DNA of 64,000 nucleotides from a virus (lineage: Duplodnaviria > Caudoviricetes): positions 1-64,000 of IMG/VR virus record IMGVR_UViG_2639763161_000004, one strand, 5' to 3'. The position numbers and the translations under genes are program-made. Positions 1-9,458 of the stretch are shown in pieces. Position 1 is the stretch's first letter, and each line of letters opens with the position of its first letter. The notes beneath the pieces are model-generated. The model searched no databases. It saw only the letters and a list, made by a program, of their open reading frames with translations, and was not told where the DNA came from.

Positions 1-834
1 CTACCTAGACGCCAACATTCCCGGATAGTGCTTTGCAATGATATCGTTCATCTTTTCTACAAGTTCAGGGCGTTTGAACGTAAGATGCGCGGTGCCCTTC
101 TGAAAGTAGCGGATGGATAAGTACGCATCATCGTAAACATCCTTACCCGGATTATCGCGGATGTAGTCCATCAGGCGAATAGATATATCTCTCCGATTGT
201 CAGGTACTGATTTACCATCTAGTAAACACAGCATTCGCTCGAGGTCTGCCAACTGATCCCTCCGCCAGCCCCAGTTCAGACTAAATCCCCAGCGGTTATG
301 CATCACCAGATTGTTAATGATGATCTTCTTACCGAAGCGGCAAGGACTATTGACTTTGTAATCCCAGGACAGGCCTTTGAAGACGTTAATGACCCCGCGC
401 TCAAAGACATCCATTTTGTTCAGATGTAACTGTTCAAAAGTACTGAGAATGTTCGCCTCACTGATAGCTGGAAGATCGCCCTCCTCCAGGTTCTTGTGCC
501 ACTGGTCGCGAGCCTGCGCATCCATCAAGGCCATCATGCCGGACTTCAGCATCAAATCGCGCCAGATGCTGCGGTCTATATTGTGGGTAACGGCAGGCAT
601 CGCTTTATCAGCCTTCTCAGTCAGCCAACTATCGTAGCGGTGCCCGGGCTTCATCGCCCAGTCTTGCGCTGTGCCACCGCCTATTTCTGAGGTTAGCCGT
701 GAAATGGCATCAAGCTGCTCAATGAATTCTTCAATTAGCACAAGTGCTGCATTACGCCCGGTGACGATGTGCTCAATATTGGTCGAGTTAATGAGCTCAG
801 TGTGATCGGTAATCACTTCAGGTTCTGTTTGCAT
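1..834 (-). CDS. DUF4942 domain protein
   Basis: MQTEPEVITDHTELI start; FGKKIII, LADLERML and YFQKGTAH motifs; position downstream of cbtA. Confidence 0.85.
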   Translation of the reverse strand: MQTEPEVITDHTELINSTNIEHIVTGRNAALVLIEEFIEQLDAISRLTSEIGGGTAQDWAMKPGHRYDSWLTEKADKAMPAVTHNIDRSIWRDLMLKSGMMALMDAQARDQWHKNLEEGDLPAISEANILSTFEQLHLNKMDVFERGVINVFKGLSWDYKVNSPCRFGKKIIINNLVMHNRWGFSLNWGWRRDQLADLERMLCLLDGKSVPDNRRDISIRLMDYIRDNPGKDVYDDAYLSIRYFQKGTAHLTFKRPELVEKMNDIIAKHYPGMLASR

Positions 835-948
835 CGCAAAAAATTCCATATAAGCAAATGCCTCTGCCGGTAATGGCAGAGGCATTATGCGTTGTCAGAT
901 AGAGGAGAAAGCAGCAGAAAGGTAAATCTGGAATGCGCTATACAGGAT

Positions 949-1278
949 TTAATCGATATTGCGCTGTGTTAATCCGGTCGCATGACTTGCCTTAAGTACA
1001 TCGGCGGCGGTAAGAAAGATTTCTGGCTCATAATAGGGATTACTGCTGGTATCAATGCGCACCAGGTCATATTTTTCCACCAAGAAGTTGATGGCATCGG
1101 CCAAGGTAACACCTGCCTCAATGTGCTGTTGGATGACTGACTCACTGCAAAATGGCGTATCGTTTAATTCCAGCCCAAAGTGCCTTTCCAGCAGATACGT
1201 AAGAAGTAGCTGCCAGATTTCTACTGGTGACGGGCGTGACGGTGCCTTCCGCGTTGGGATGGTGGGTAAGGTTTGCAT
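949..1278 (-). CDS. cbtA: Type IV TA toxin, CbtA/YeeV family
   Basis: SPVEIWQ..LL..HFGLELNDTPF and DAINFLVEKYDLVRID signature. Confidence 0.9.
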   Translation of the reverse strand: MQTLPTIPTRKAPSRPSPVEIWQLLLTYLLERHFGLELNDTPFCSESVIQQHIEAGVTLADAINFLVEKYDLVRIDTSSNPYYEPEIFLTAADVLKASHATGLTQRNID

Positions 1279-1374
1279 AAAGGTGATCTCTGTTAAATAA
1301 ATAAGGCGCTGGTGATAGGGGACGTATTACGTTGAAGGAAGCCGGTGAGTTAGGATTTTTTTCAGGGAAACTAC

Positions 1375-1605
1375 TTATTGCCGGATGGCGTCAAGTACGC
1401 CCTCCAGTGTAAACCAGTTAATACCCTGTTCTGCGTCGTGATGGCTGGCAGCATGGCGTAATGCCGCTCTGGCCTCTTCTTTCGTAACAGAGCCATCCAC
1501 ATTGTGTACATCGTCTTCGTACCAGAGTGAACATAATACGAAGTCGTCATGTTGTTACTGTTGTAACAGTTCAATAACCTCGCTGATTATACAGGCGTGC
1601 GGCAT
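1375..1605 (-). pseudogene. Small hypothetical gene between antitoxin and toxin, broken by an in-frame TAA at 1555-1557
   Basis: Manual translation MPHACIISEVIELLQQ*QHDDFVLCSLWYEDDV...HHDAEQGINWFTLEGVLDAIRQ*; ATG 3 nt after the cbeA stop. Confidence 0.6.
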
Positions 1606-1607
1606 GG

Positions 1608-1979
1608 CTATTCATTTCCTGGCTGTGCTACAGGTTGCGTCGGATAAATCGCAATATAGACATAACCGCAACTGCCGAGGGTATCTGCGTCGAGGGTCAG
1701 CCCTTTTGTATGCAGCGTGACGCTGTGCTGATGGCGTGGATTGAGTTCACCGGAAACCAGCATTAACTCGAGCTGTTTGAGAAGTACCGGAAACCTCTGA
1801 TCGAGATGACGTAAATCCGCATCACTGAAGGCTCCGGTGATACTGGCGCGGTCTGCCAGGTAATGCAGGCGATTGCCTTCCTGTACCAGCCTTGCGCCAA
1901 AGCTCGGCGTGACAGCGGGTTTAAGTCCCCACCAGGGTTCGGCAATATCATGATTTGCTACAGGTGTTGTGTTCTGCAT
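1608..1979 (-). CDS. cbeA: Type IV TA antitoxin, CbeA/YeeU family
   Basis: WGL...TP.FGARLVQEGNRLHYLADRA and ADTLGSCGYVYIAIYP. Confidence 0.92.
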   Translation of the reverse strand: MQNTTPVANHDIAEPWWGLKPAVTPSFGARLVQEGNRLHYLADRASITGAFSDADLRHLDQRFPVLLKQLELMLVSGELNPRHQHSVTLHTKGLTLDADTLGSCGYVYIAIYPTQPVAQPGNE

Positions 1980-2002
1980 TTAAGTAATCCTTAACTGGTG
2001 CG

Positions 2003-2224
2003 TTAATTCAGGGTAACGCTGCGCAAGACGACATACGGGCCATTGCGGTCCTGGCGACGCTCAGCGAATACGGCCAGCACGCCGGCGATATCCTGGACCT
2101 CCCGGCCGGCATAGTGGCAGATACTGCCTGACCACTGGTATTTCCCGGTACAGAAGCGAAACAGGCGGGAATGAGGATGCTGACGGTAAATCGTCATTGC
2201 CTGGCGTTTGCTGATGATTTTCAT
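2003..2224 (-). CDS. yeeT: DUF987 (YeeT-like) protein
   Basis: MKIISKRQAMTIYRQHP.SRLFRFCTGKY; CP4 synteny. Confidence 0.85.
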   Translation of the reverse strand: MKIISKRQAMTIYRQHPHSRLFRFCTGKYQWSGSICHYAGREVQDIAGVLAVFAERRQDRNGPYVVLRSVTLN

Positions 2225-2235
2225 CGCTATTCTCC

Positions 2236-2715
2236 TTACAGCCAGCCGCGTTCGGCAAAAGAGACAATATCCATCCTGCCGACCACCAGGTGGTCCAGCA
2301 GACAAATATCAACCAAGTTCAGCGCCTGTTTCAGGCGTTCGGTGACTCGTCTGTCTGCGTCGCTGGGTTCAGCGAGACCAGACGGGTGGCAGTGCGCCAC
2401 GAGAATGGCGGCAGCGTTATGTTTCAGCGCAGCCTTCACCACTTCTCGTGGATGTACCTGCGTATGGTTGATGGTGCCGGTGAACAACGTGTCGTGCGCA
2501 ATCAGCCGGTGCTGGTTATCGAGAAAGAGCGCGGTAAATTCTTCGCGCTCCAGTGTGGCAAGCTGCAGGCGCAGCCAGTCACGGACGGCATGGCTGGAGG
2601 TGAATGACGCTCCGGGTTCACGTAACTGTCGCTCCAGCAGGGTCAGCGCCGTCCTGACCGTCTGCTGTTCTGTGGGGGCCAGTTCACGGGCAAACAGCGG
2701 AAGTTGTTGTTCCAT
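2236..2715 (-). CDS. radC: RadC/YeeS JAB-domain protein
   Basis: [27 protein letters not shown]. Confidence 0.92.
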   Translation of the reverse strand: MEQQLPLFARELAPTEQQTVRTALTLLERQLREPGASFTSSHAVRDWLRLQLATLEREEFTALFLDNQHRLIAHDTLFTGTINHTQVHPREVVKAALKHNAAAILVAHCHPSGLAEPSDADRRVTERLKQALNLVDICLLDHLVVGRMDIVSFAERGWL

Positions 2716-2725
2716 AATGTTGACC

Positions 2726-3208
2726 TCAGTCGATGATGTGCATAATGGCGTTACACTCCGCGTGGTTGAGCGCGTAGTCCCGCAGACGGTAATAGTGCCC
2801 GGTCATGGCATCGCACTCGGTACGCATGGCGTGGTGGCTGTACGTCATCAGGCAGACGGCAATACCGGCGGCCTCAGCGCTCATTTCTGCGCCGTTTCCG
2901 TTCATGCTGTTAAACAGTGCCCATTTCCCGTCATCGTCACCGCTGGCTTCCGGTGCCATAAATGCCCCGCCGCTGCTGAGGGTGTAAAAATTCCAGATAC
3001 CACCCTGGTAATCTGTACAGAAACGGTCCATCCACGCGAAGACTGTCGGTTCGAGGATTATCCACTGCGGGATGCTGCCGAAGTGCCCTGGCCAGAAGGC
3101 AACACGTTGCTCATCGGGCACCGGCGTGCACACGATGCGCTCTTCATCAGCGTATGGTGAAGATGGGGATTCAGTCACCGTACTGGTCAGGTTAAGAGTA
3201 TTGCTCAT
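2726..3208 (-). CDS. klcA: Antirestriction protein, KlcA/ArdB family
   Basis: [43 protein letters not shown]. Confidence 0.9.
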   Translation of the reverse strand: MSNTLNLTSTVTESPSSPYADEERIVCTPVPDEQRVAFWPGHFGSIPQWIILEPTVFAWMDRFCTDYQGGIWNFYTLSSGGAFMAPEASGDDDGKWALFNSMNGNGAEMSAEAAGIAVCLMTYSHHAMRTECDAMTGHYYRLRDYALNHAECNAIMHIID

Positions 3209-3468
3209 GTGATTTCCTTTGTATTTTCATATGGGGTGTTGAGACGAAGTGACGGGCAGGACTGCGCATAGCCATCCTCATCACAGCGTGACGGCCAGCT
3301 CCCCTCCGTGATGCTTAAGCTGCACAGGCTGCGTTCACCGGGGCGATAAAGAAGGTGAGAGCACCAGACGCAGAAGTCGTCGTCAGAGATGGAGCGGCTG
3401 CAGGGATTGTTTTCCGGGGCGGTCGGATAAAGGGTGGCCTGGTGGGCGTTATCAGGTAGCGGTGGCAT
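3205..3468 (-). CDS. Small Cys-rich hypothetical protein
   Basis: TGATG overlap with DUF932 and ATGA overlap with klcA; FCVWCSHL motif. Confidence 0.55.
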   Translation of the reverse strand: MPPLPDNAHQATLYPTAPENNPCSRSISDDDFCVWCSHLLYRPGERSLCSLSITEGSWPSRCDEDGYAQSCPSLRLNTPYENTKEIT

Positions 3469-4286
3469 CAACTCAGGGCCTGCTGCAGTTCTTCCGCCAT
3501 CACCCACAGTGCCCGGTTGAGCTTAACGTCGCCGCCTATGCCTTTAACCGCACGGGTCTGGCTGCGTTTGCCTTTGGCTGTACGTCCTGGCAGCCCGCCT
3601 TTCAGCAGGTTCTCCTGGCAACGATTGAAAACTGACCACAGGTCGTCCTGACGGTCTTCATAACGGCGGGGCGTCAGTATCTGGGATGATGTCAGCGGCT
3701 GGTGCTCATCACCAAAGCGGTACGTCAGTGCGGCTCTGGCAAAAGCCTGCTGTGCGGTCGGAGTAAGTAACAGCGACTGCATGGCATCCCGCTTCTCTTC
3801 CACCCGGTCAAATATCCCCAGTACCTCGTAAGCTCCTTCAATGACTTTCTCCACCACATTACCCTTGTGCGGCACGCGCACCTCACCAAAGGTTTCGCCA
3901 CAGACAAGCCCGTTCTGACATACAAAACGAAACAGGCCCGGCAGCATCTGGTATGAGCTGGAGCCGTCGTGACTGTTAAGCAGAATGATTTCGGGGACCT
4001 GTTTACCGGTAATCTGGCTTTCACGCCTGAGACGCAGCATGTGCTTTGTGTGGTCGCGTTTATTCAGGTCGCGCACGCGTGTCTGGCAGGCAAAGAACGG
4101 CTGAAACCCTTCGCGCTGAAGGTTCTCCAGCAGGGTAATTGTCGGTATATAGCTGTAACGCTCAGAGCGTGACGTGTGCTTGTCTTCGCTGAAAACGCTG
4201 GGAACATGCAGCATCAGTTCTTCACGGGTTAACGGACGGTCACGGCGTATCTGGTTAATCCGGCCAAAGCGGCTGGCTAAGCGCAT
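3468..4286 (-). CDS. DUF932 (YafZ/YfjQ family) protein
   Basis: MRLASRFG, HTKHMLRLRR, NSHDGSSSYQMLPG.FRFVC.NG. Confidence 0.92.
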   Translation of the reverse strand: MRLASRFGRINQIRRDRPLTREELMLHVPSVFSEDKHTSRSERYSYIPTITLLENLQREGFQPFFACQTRVRDLNKRDHTKHMLRLRRESQITGKQVPEIILLNSHDGSSSYQMLPGLFRFVCQNGLVCGETFGEVRVPHKGNVVEKVIEGAYEVLGIFDRVEEKRDAMQSLLLTPTAQQAFARAALTYRFGDEHQPLTSSQILTPRRYEDRQDDLWSVFNRCQENLLKGGLPGRTAKGKRSQTRAVKGIGGDVKLNRALWVMAEELQQALS

Positions 4287-4313
4287 GGGTAACTCCTTAG
4301 ATTACATAAATGA

Positions 4314-4348
4314 AAAGGCCATACCTCCCGAAGGAAGTACGGCCTTTT
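4314..4348. terminator. Hairpin with A/T tracts on both sides (possible bidirectional terminator)
   Basis: aaaaggcc-atacctcccgaaggaagtac-ggcctttt. Confidence 0.55.
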
Positions 4349-4391
4349 AGTGATCTAAAAAAACAGGGGGGAATACCTGGGGGGAATACGG

Positions 4392-4490
4392 TCAGTACCA
4401 GGGATGCCAAACGAGCAGGCTGTATCCCAGAACAAGAATCAGGACATACAGCATGCAGGATCTAAGGTAGATAACGCCTGCTTTTTTCAT
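4392..4490 (-). CDS. 32-aa single-TM peptide (not in ORF track)
   Basis: MKKAGVIYLRSCMLYVLILVLGYSLLVWHPWY; purine-rich AAAGGGAGG directly before ATG. Confidence 0.45.
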   Translation of the reverse strand: MKKAGVIYLRSCMLYVLILVLGYSLLVWHPWY

Positions 4491-4501
4491 CCTCCCTTTT
4501 G

Positions 4502-4660
4502 TCATTTTGACCTCACAACCATGTTATAAAGCACTGCGCCAAATAACGGGTCGAGTATCAGTGACACCATAAACCACAGCCAGAATGAACGCCCGCGTGA
4601 TCTCGCACACCATCCGACCAGGGCTGAAGCCATCATCCATAACAACAGAAAAATTATCAT
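4502..4660 (-). CDS. 52-aa two-TM membrane protein
   Basis: MIIFLLLWMMASALVGWCARSRGRSFWLWF...; AAGGA RBS. Confidence 0.65.
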   Translation of the reverse strand: MIIFLLLWMMASALVGWCARSRGRSFWLWFMVSLILDPLFGAVLYNMVVRSK

Positions 4661-4670
4661 GTCAGTATCC

Positions 4671-5297
4671 TTACTGATGGTCGGCCAGACGCGAGAGGGA
4701 GGCAATACGGGTTTCACCCTGCGCCAGGCTACAGTTATTGGCCCTGGCGGATACCAGTGCGCCAGCGAGCGCCGGGGCCAGTTTCTGAGCCGGATATTGC
4801 CAGCTCCATGCCAGTGGACCGTAAGCGGATACTCCGTCATTTTCATAGAAGTGGAAAACAAAGCTTCCCTGTTTATAATCCAGCATACGTGACGCTGCTC
4901 GTTTAAAATCCGGTGAGATCTGGCTGTCGAACAGTGTCAGTGGCTGTTCGGCATGAGTCTTCATCTGATGATCCCCCTCCGGGTAATACTGGATAGTCAT
5001 ACCCGTTGCGCCTGATGCCTTGCCTCCTGCGATATCTTTCAGCCAGTAGAGAATGTTCAGGCGCTTTTCCGGGCCGTTGCAGGTAAGAATAAACTTCTGC
5101 GTATCCTTACCTTTTGTGGCGCTAATGATAAAATCATCCACGCCCCCCATGATGCGGTCATGCGTGACCTGCACATTTCCTGCCACCTCGCCTGTGACGA
5201 TAACGGGTTTAATGTCATAGGCAGCAGCACGGCTCACCTGAATCCATGACACTGCGACGACAATCAGCAGCGGGGCAATAACGTTTACCGTTTTCAT
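4671..5297 (-). CDS. Secreted/periplasmic hypothetical protein
   Basis: Sec signal MKTVNVIAPLLIVVAVSWIQVSRAAA; two Cys. Confidence 0.7.
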   Translation of the reverse strand: MKTVNVIAPLLIVVAVSWIQVSRAAAYDIKPVIVTGEVAGNVQVTHDRIMGGVDDFIISATKGKDTQKFILTCNGPEKRLNILYWLKDIAGGKASGATGMTIQYYPEGDHQMKTHAEQPLTLFDSQISPDFKRAASRMLDYKQGSFVFHFYENDGVSAYGPLAWSWQYPAQKLAPALAGALVSARANNCSLAQGETRIASLSRLADHQ

Positions 5298-5301
5298 TTT
5301 T

Positions 5302-5856
5302 TCACTCTCCCGCTTCGGGTAAAACGACATAAATATCTCTGCCCCTGACCTCAATGGTCATTGGCTCCTTGCTGCCGGTGTTCATGAGTGCCTGAGCCCG
5401 ATAAAAACGCCCACTGACCTCTTCTTTTAAATCCGTTACGCGAATACAACGTTCATCAATGCCCTGACCCTTCAGGATTTCAGTGACCACTGGACAAGCG
5501 CTTTGTGCCAGCCGCTCGGTATTAGATTGCGTTTTAAAATGATTACCAGCCACGGCTGACAACACCGTGCAAATCAGCCATACCTGCAACAAGCGCCAGG
5601 GCTTACCCTGACGCTCATCACGTTGACGGAGATAAACCATCGGTAGCAAGAACCACCCCATTGAAGGGGGAGTGATCCCCTGTTTCATAAGGTTCAGCCG
5701 GTCGAGCAACACCCAAATAAGGGAGAGAACGATATACAAGCCAAGTGCAATCTCTTTAGGGAGGAAAATGGCGAAGGGTATCCAGATAACCGGAAGGCCA
5801 ATGGACAAGCACCAGGCATAGGCGTCCGGCTTGAGAAACGGATAAGGTTTCAGCAT
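5302..5856 (-). CDS. Inner-membrane hypothetical protein
   Basis: Several TM segments then a soluble Cys-pair domain; AAGGA RBS. Confidence 0.75.
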   Translation of the reverse strand: MLKPYPFLKPDAYAWCLSIGLPVIWIPFAIFLPKEIALGLYIVLSLIWVLLDRLNLMKQGITPPSMGWFLLPMVYLRQRDERQGKPWRLLQVWLICTVLSAVAGNHFKTQSNTERLAQSACPVVTEILKGQGIDERCIRVTDLKEEVSGRFYRAQALMNTGSKEPMTIEVRGRDIYVVLPEAGE

Positions 5857-5920
5857 AAAAATATTCCTTTATTAACAATTTATTAGAAATTTCCGGGATT
5901 AAATGACATCCCCAGCCAGG

Positions 5921-6072
5921 GATCGTATCGGGATGCAAAGAGGAGGGATAATCGTTAGTGAAGATCAATAAACCAAAATTGATCGTTTATATCTATCGAT
6001 AAAAACGATCGTTATAAATTAATTGATAGTCAAAGGCTATTTAGATGCAATATTCGATCGGCGAAACAGATC
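5921..6072 (-). promoter_or_regulatory. Cluster of six GATC sites; candidate Dam/OxyR phase-variation region
   Basis: GATC at 5921, 5963, 5981, 6007, 6056, 6069; TTGATCGTTTATATC motif; 13- and 26-bp spacings. Confidence 0.6.
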
Positions 6073-6099
6073 GAACGGGTAGCTTGATTTAGATGAGAT

Positions 6100-6996
6100 T
6101 TAAAAGAAGCGATGCCAGAATAATCTGGCCAAAGAGAGTAGCCGACTACGGACCTGTTTTAACCACGTTCTTATTGTGTGTGACTCCAGCAGGGCATCCA
6201 CGCTTTCGTCGAAGATATCGCCTACAACTCGGGTAAAACCTTCTTGTGCAGTGGTCGTAACCTTCTCCGTCCGATAGACAGGCTCAAGCTGACGGGTGAC
6301 CGCACTGCTGGCTTTGTAGGGTAGAATGGTGATTAGAGTTTCGACCCATTGAGATATATTGAAGCCTTCAGAAGCAGAAACTGCTAAAACAGGATGAACG
6401 GGAGAAAATACGGCATTCACCTGGGTTACCTTCTCCTGCAGATTCTGCTGCTGCCTTATAGAAGGCTGGCGGCTTTCTAAATCCCATTCCCGGCAGGGTT
6501 CAATTTTATCAGCCTGATTGAGGACAAAAAGAAAGCGCGCAGGATCTGCTCCTTGCGAAATCATTTGTCTGTAGCAACGAATATCATCATTCCAGGCCCG
6601 GTCGTCAGCTTTAAGCACCCAGATAATCAAGTCCAGTTTACCCAGCCAGTGTTGATATAACCGAGTATAAATGCGGTCAAGTTCTGGCGTTTCACCTATT
6701 CCCGGAAAGTCGACAAAGAGCAAAGCATGAGGAGCAAGGCTCATTTGATAACGCTGTACCTGCCGGGTGCATCCCTTGACTGCGCTGACGTTGGCGGGTG
6801 GCGGATTGAATAAGGTATTGCAGAGGCTGGATTTACCCAGTCCGCTTTTACCCATAATGCCAATCGTTGGTTCGTAATGAATGCACTGATTTATATTCTT
6901 GAGAATGGCAAGGGAGAGGCTTTCAGGGAGGAAGGACAGTGGTTGTGTCAAGGCAGAGATGCCTTGTTCGGTTTTATCTGGCACATTAACCTCCAT
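6100..6996 (-). CDS. YeeP/YkfA/YfjP-like GTPase (MMR_HSR1 family)
   Basis: GKSGLGKSS (G1), DFPG (G3), NQADK (G4); CP4 context. Confidence 0.9.
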   Translation of the reverse strand: MEVNVPDKTEQGISALTQPLSFLPESLSLAILKNINQCIHYEPTIGIMGKSGLGKSSLCNTLFNPPPANVSAVKGCTRQVQRYQMSLAPHALLFVDFPGIGETPELDRIYTRLYQHWLGKLDLIIWVLKADDRAWNDDIRCYRQMISQGADPARFLFVLNQADKIEPCREWDLESRQPSIRQQQNLQEKVTQVNAVFSPVHPVLAVSASEGFNISQWVETLITILPYKASSAVTRQLEPVYRTEKVTTTAQEGFTRVVGDIFDESVDALLESHTIRTWLKQVRSRLLSLARLFWHRFF

Positions 6997-7093
6997 GATT
7001 TGAAATTACAAAACGGCAGAAAAATCTGCTGCCGTTCTCATGGAGATAATATAGGCCTGAAAACATGTACAGCTAAAAACCTCAGATGCTGGC

Positions 7094-7894
7094 CTATCCG
7101 AAATGTCTTTTTTTCTGTGTGTCATTCATTGGCTTCAGTCTGACTCTGTCTTCATTGAAGTTGATATCAACTACTTTAAGCAAAGGGACAGGAAACTTGT
7201 CTGATGGGAAGGCTTTAGCAGTTGTTCGTACAGGGATGAAATATGCACCGACAGTACCCGGGGGTGCTATTTCTGCCAGTTGGCATAATCCCATATTCTT
7301 TCTTACTCTGGATTTTGAAAGGTCTCTGAATTTTATATATTTGATATTCTCGAAATCATATTTACCCCCCCACCTCGCCCATTCAGACCGAGTGACATGG
7401 ATGATGGTACAGTTTGCTAAAAAATTCCCCTCGCAATATCCAGCCTCTGAGACGGTACGGTTATAGAAACAGGTAACAACTGTTTTAATCACAACCAAGA
7501 AACTCCCATCATGGTTAAAATCATTCTTATGATTGTTGAATTTCGAAGTGATATCGAGATGGATCTTACCATCAATTTCCTTCATCAAATCTTTGTGATC
7601 AAGTCTCTTTTGAGCTGCTTTACTCTCAAATGAAAATGCAGGCAGAGCTGTAAAGGAAATCAGCCCGCTAACCTCAATCCTTGTTACCCTAGTGTACTCA
7701 GGATAAATCCGCACCACATCGACTTCTTCCTGGTTCAATTCAACAGATGCTGCATTTTCTCTTTCACGTGTTACCAGCGAATAAAGATAGTGTGAAGCGC
7801 TTTTCTTTCCATTTGGCTTTGCGGCTTTTACCCTCAAAAACCTGTCAGTTTCATCATCAGAGTAATACATCGTCGCTTTGTATTTATAACCCAT
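7094..7894 (-). CDS. Hypothetical protein, possible N-terminal ribbon-helix-helix
   Basis: 266-aa AT-rich ORF with GGAGAGAGG RBS. Confidence 0.7.
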   Translation of the reverse strand: MGYKYKATMYYSDDETDRFLRVKAAKPNGKKSASHYLYSLVTRERENAASVELNQEEVDVVRIYPEYTRVTRIEVSGLISFTALPAFSFESKAAQKRLDHKDLMKEIDGKIHLDITSKFNNHKNDFNHDGSFLVVIKTVVTCFYNRTVSEAGYCEGNFLANCTIIHVTRSEWARWGGKYDFENIKYIKFRDLSKSRVRKNMGLCQLAEIAPPGTVGAYFIPVRTTAKAFPSDKFPVPLLKVVDINFNEDRVRLKPMNDTQKKRHFG

Positions 7895-8169
7895 TTTTTC
7901 GTACCTCTCTCCACAGCAACAGCATCAAAAGTAATACTTCTCCGGTAACTGCTTAAGCTTACCTCACCCAAAATGGTCATAGCTACATGCTGGCCAAAAA
8001 ACGATGTCACCGCATGATTATGACCTACTTTTAGTTTATATAAAATATTTAATCAACCTACATGAAAGTGACCTATTTTTAATTTATATCTTAGCAATCA
8101 TATAAATATATGAAATCCTCTTTGCAGGTATAACTCTAGGTTTTCTTAAGGAGATTGCAGTCAAAAAAG

Positions 8170-8372
8170 AAGAGCAGCAGAGTGAAACCTGTAAGCGCCT
8201 TATGGAAATTCCCGGCGTGGGGCCGTTAATTGCTACAGCGTAAGTTGCCACCATGGAAGAAGCATCAGCATTCAAATCAGGGCGTGAGTTCGCTGTTTAT
8301 GTAGGTCTGGTGCCGAACCAGACTGGTCCCGGGGGAAGTGCGCCTGCCGGGGATAAGCTAGTGTGGTGAACC
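8170..8372 (+). pseudogene. IS110-family transposase fragment
   Basis: Manual translation CKRLMEIPGVGPLIATA*VATMEEASAFKSGREFAVYVGLVPNQTGPGG matches the IS110 C-terminal domain; stop and frameshift. Confidence 0.8.
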
Positions 8373-8713
8373 ACTCCAGACAACGTATAAGCGCAAGAGG
8401 AATACGAGCTAAACCCCTCGAAAACTTCAAGGATAACTCGGGAGTAATTTCAGCAGGTTTACAGGCTCGTCGAGGCCTGATTTTGGCGAATCCTTCTATT
8501 ATTGCAAACTACCTTTATCCACTCGCCCTTGTCTCCGTATTGTTAATAATGGACATCAAGTCATCTAAAGACATAGGGGTATGAATAGAGCTATTAGTAC
8601 GACATAACCACCTGTATGTACTTGAGCACTGTCAGTACAAGAGAGGCTGACACTCAGTAAAAAATTACTAGAGATCCGATGAACTGAACTCAGTCAGCGA
8701 AGGACTCAACGTA

Positions 8714-9352
8714 ATGAAGAAGAAATCAGATAAATGCACGCCTAATGAATACTATGCCAAAAGGATCAGCGAAACGGTAGATAAAGCCCTTGCGGACTAT
8801 CCCCGTGTGATGGCTGTAAGATTTGACCTTCACTTCCCCGATGAAGAAGACAGGATGGACTGCCCTACACGCTATTACGACGCTCCCGATGTTATTTCCA
8901 ACTTTATCGCCTCAGTGAAATCCCAGATTAAAGAGGACGTTAAGCGCAAGAGAAAAGCAGGTAAGACAACGCTGACCTGTAAGGTAAGGTTCGTATGGGT
9001 GCGAGAACTCAATCAGGATGAAACAAAACACCACTATCACGTCCTTTTGCTGCTCAACAAGGATGCCTATCCCTGGCCTGGTAAAAGACGAACAGAATCA
9101 TTAACAAATTTTTATAGCATTTATCAAATCGTGATTAACGCCTGGATCCGAGCAATTAAACGTAATTGCCATGAAAAAAACTATCATGGGCTTATCCATA
9201 TTCCTGCTGGGGGTTATTATTGTTTAAATAGTAATAAACCTCAGTTTGAGACTGATTACGAAGCATTAACCGAAAGAGCAATGTATCTGGCAAAAGAATT
9301 TAGCAAAGATCACTCAGACGGCAGGCGTAATCTGGGTTGTTCGCAGGGGTAA
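8714..9352 (+). CDS. Inovirus Gp2 / YagK-YfjJ family protein
   Basis: YPRVMAVRFDLHFP, WVRE, HHYHVLLLLN, YLAK. Confidence 0.88.
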   Translation: MKKKSDKCTPNEYYAKRISETVDKALADYPRVMAVRFDLHFPDEEDRMDCPTRYYDAPDVISNFIASVKSQIKEDVKRKRKAGKTTLTCKVRFVWVRELNQDETKHHYHVLLLLNKDAYPWPGKRRTESLTNFYSIYQIVINAWIRAIKRNCHEKNYHGLIHIPAGGYYCLNSNKPQFETDYEALTERAMYLAKEFSKDHSDGRRNLGCSQG

Positions 9353-9458
9353 GCAGCAAGAAAGTATTTTATTACTCTCATGTGGATGTTGAGAAGGAGA
9401 AAGTGCCAACGGTCGATCAGACCTGTACGGCACATCTCCATACCTCTCAGCGTTACAT

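Noticed and set aside
1371-1574. 67-aa minus-strand ORF from the track
   Set aside because: The alternative frame 1375-1605 is more protein-like and is coupled to cbeA
2171-3160. 329-aa plus-strand ORF
   Set aside because: Antisense shadow of radC and klcA
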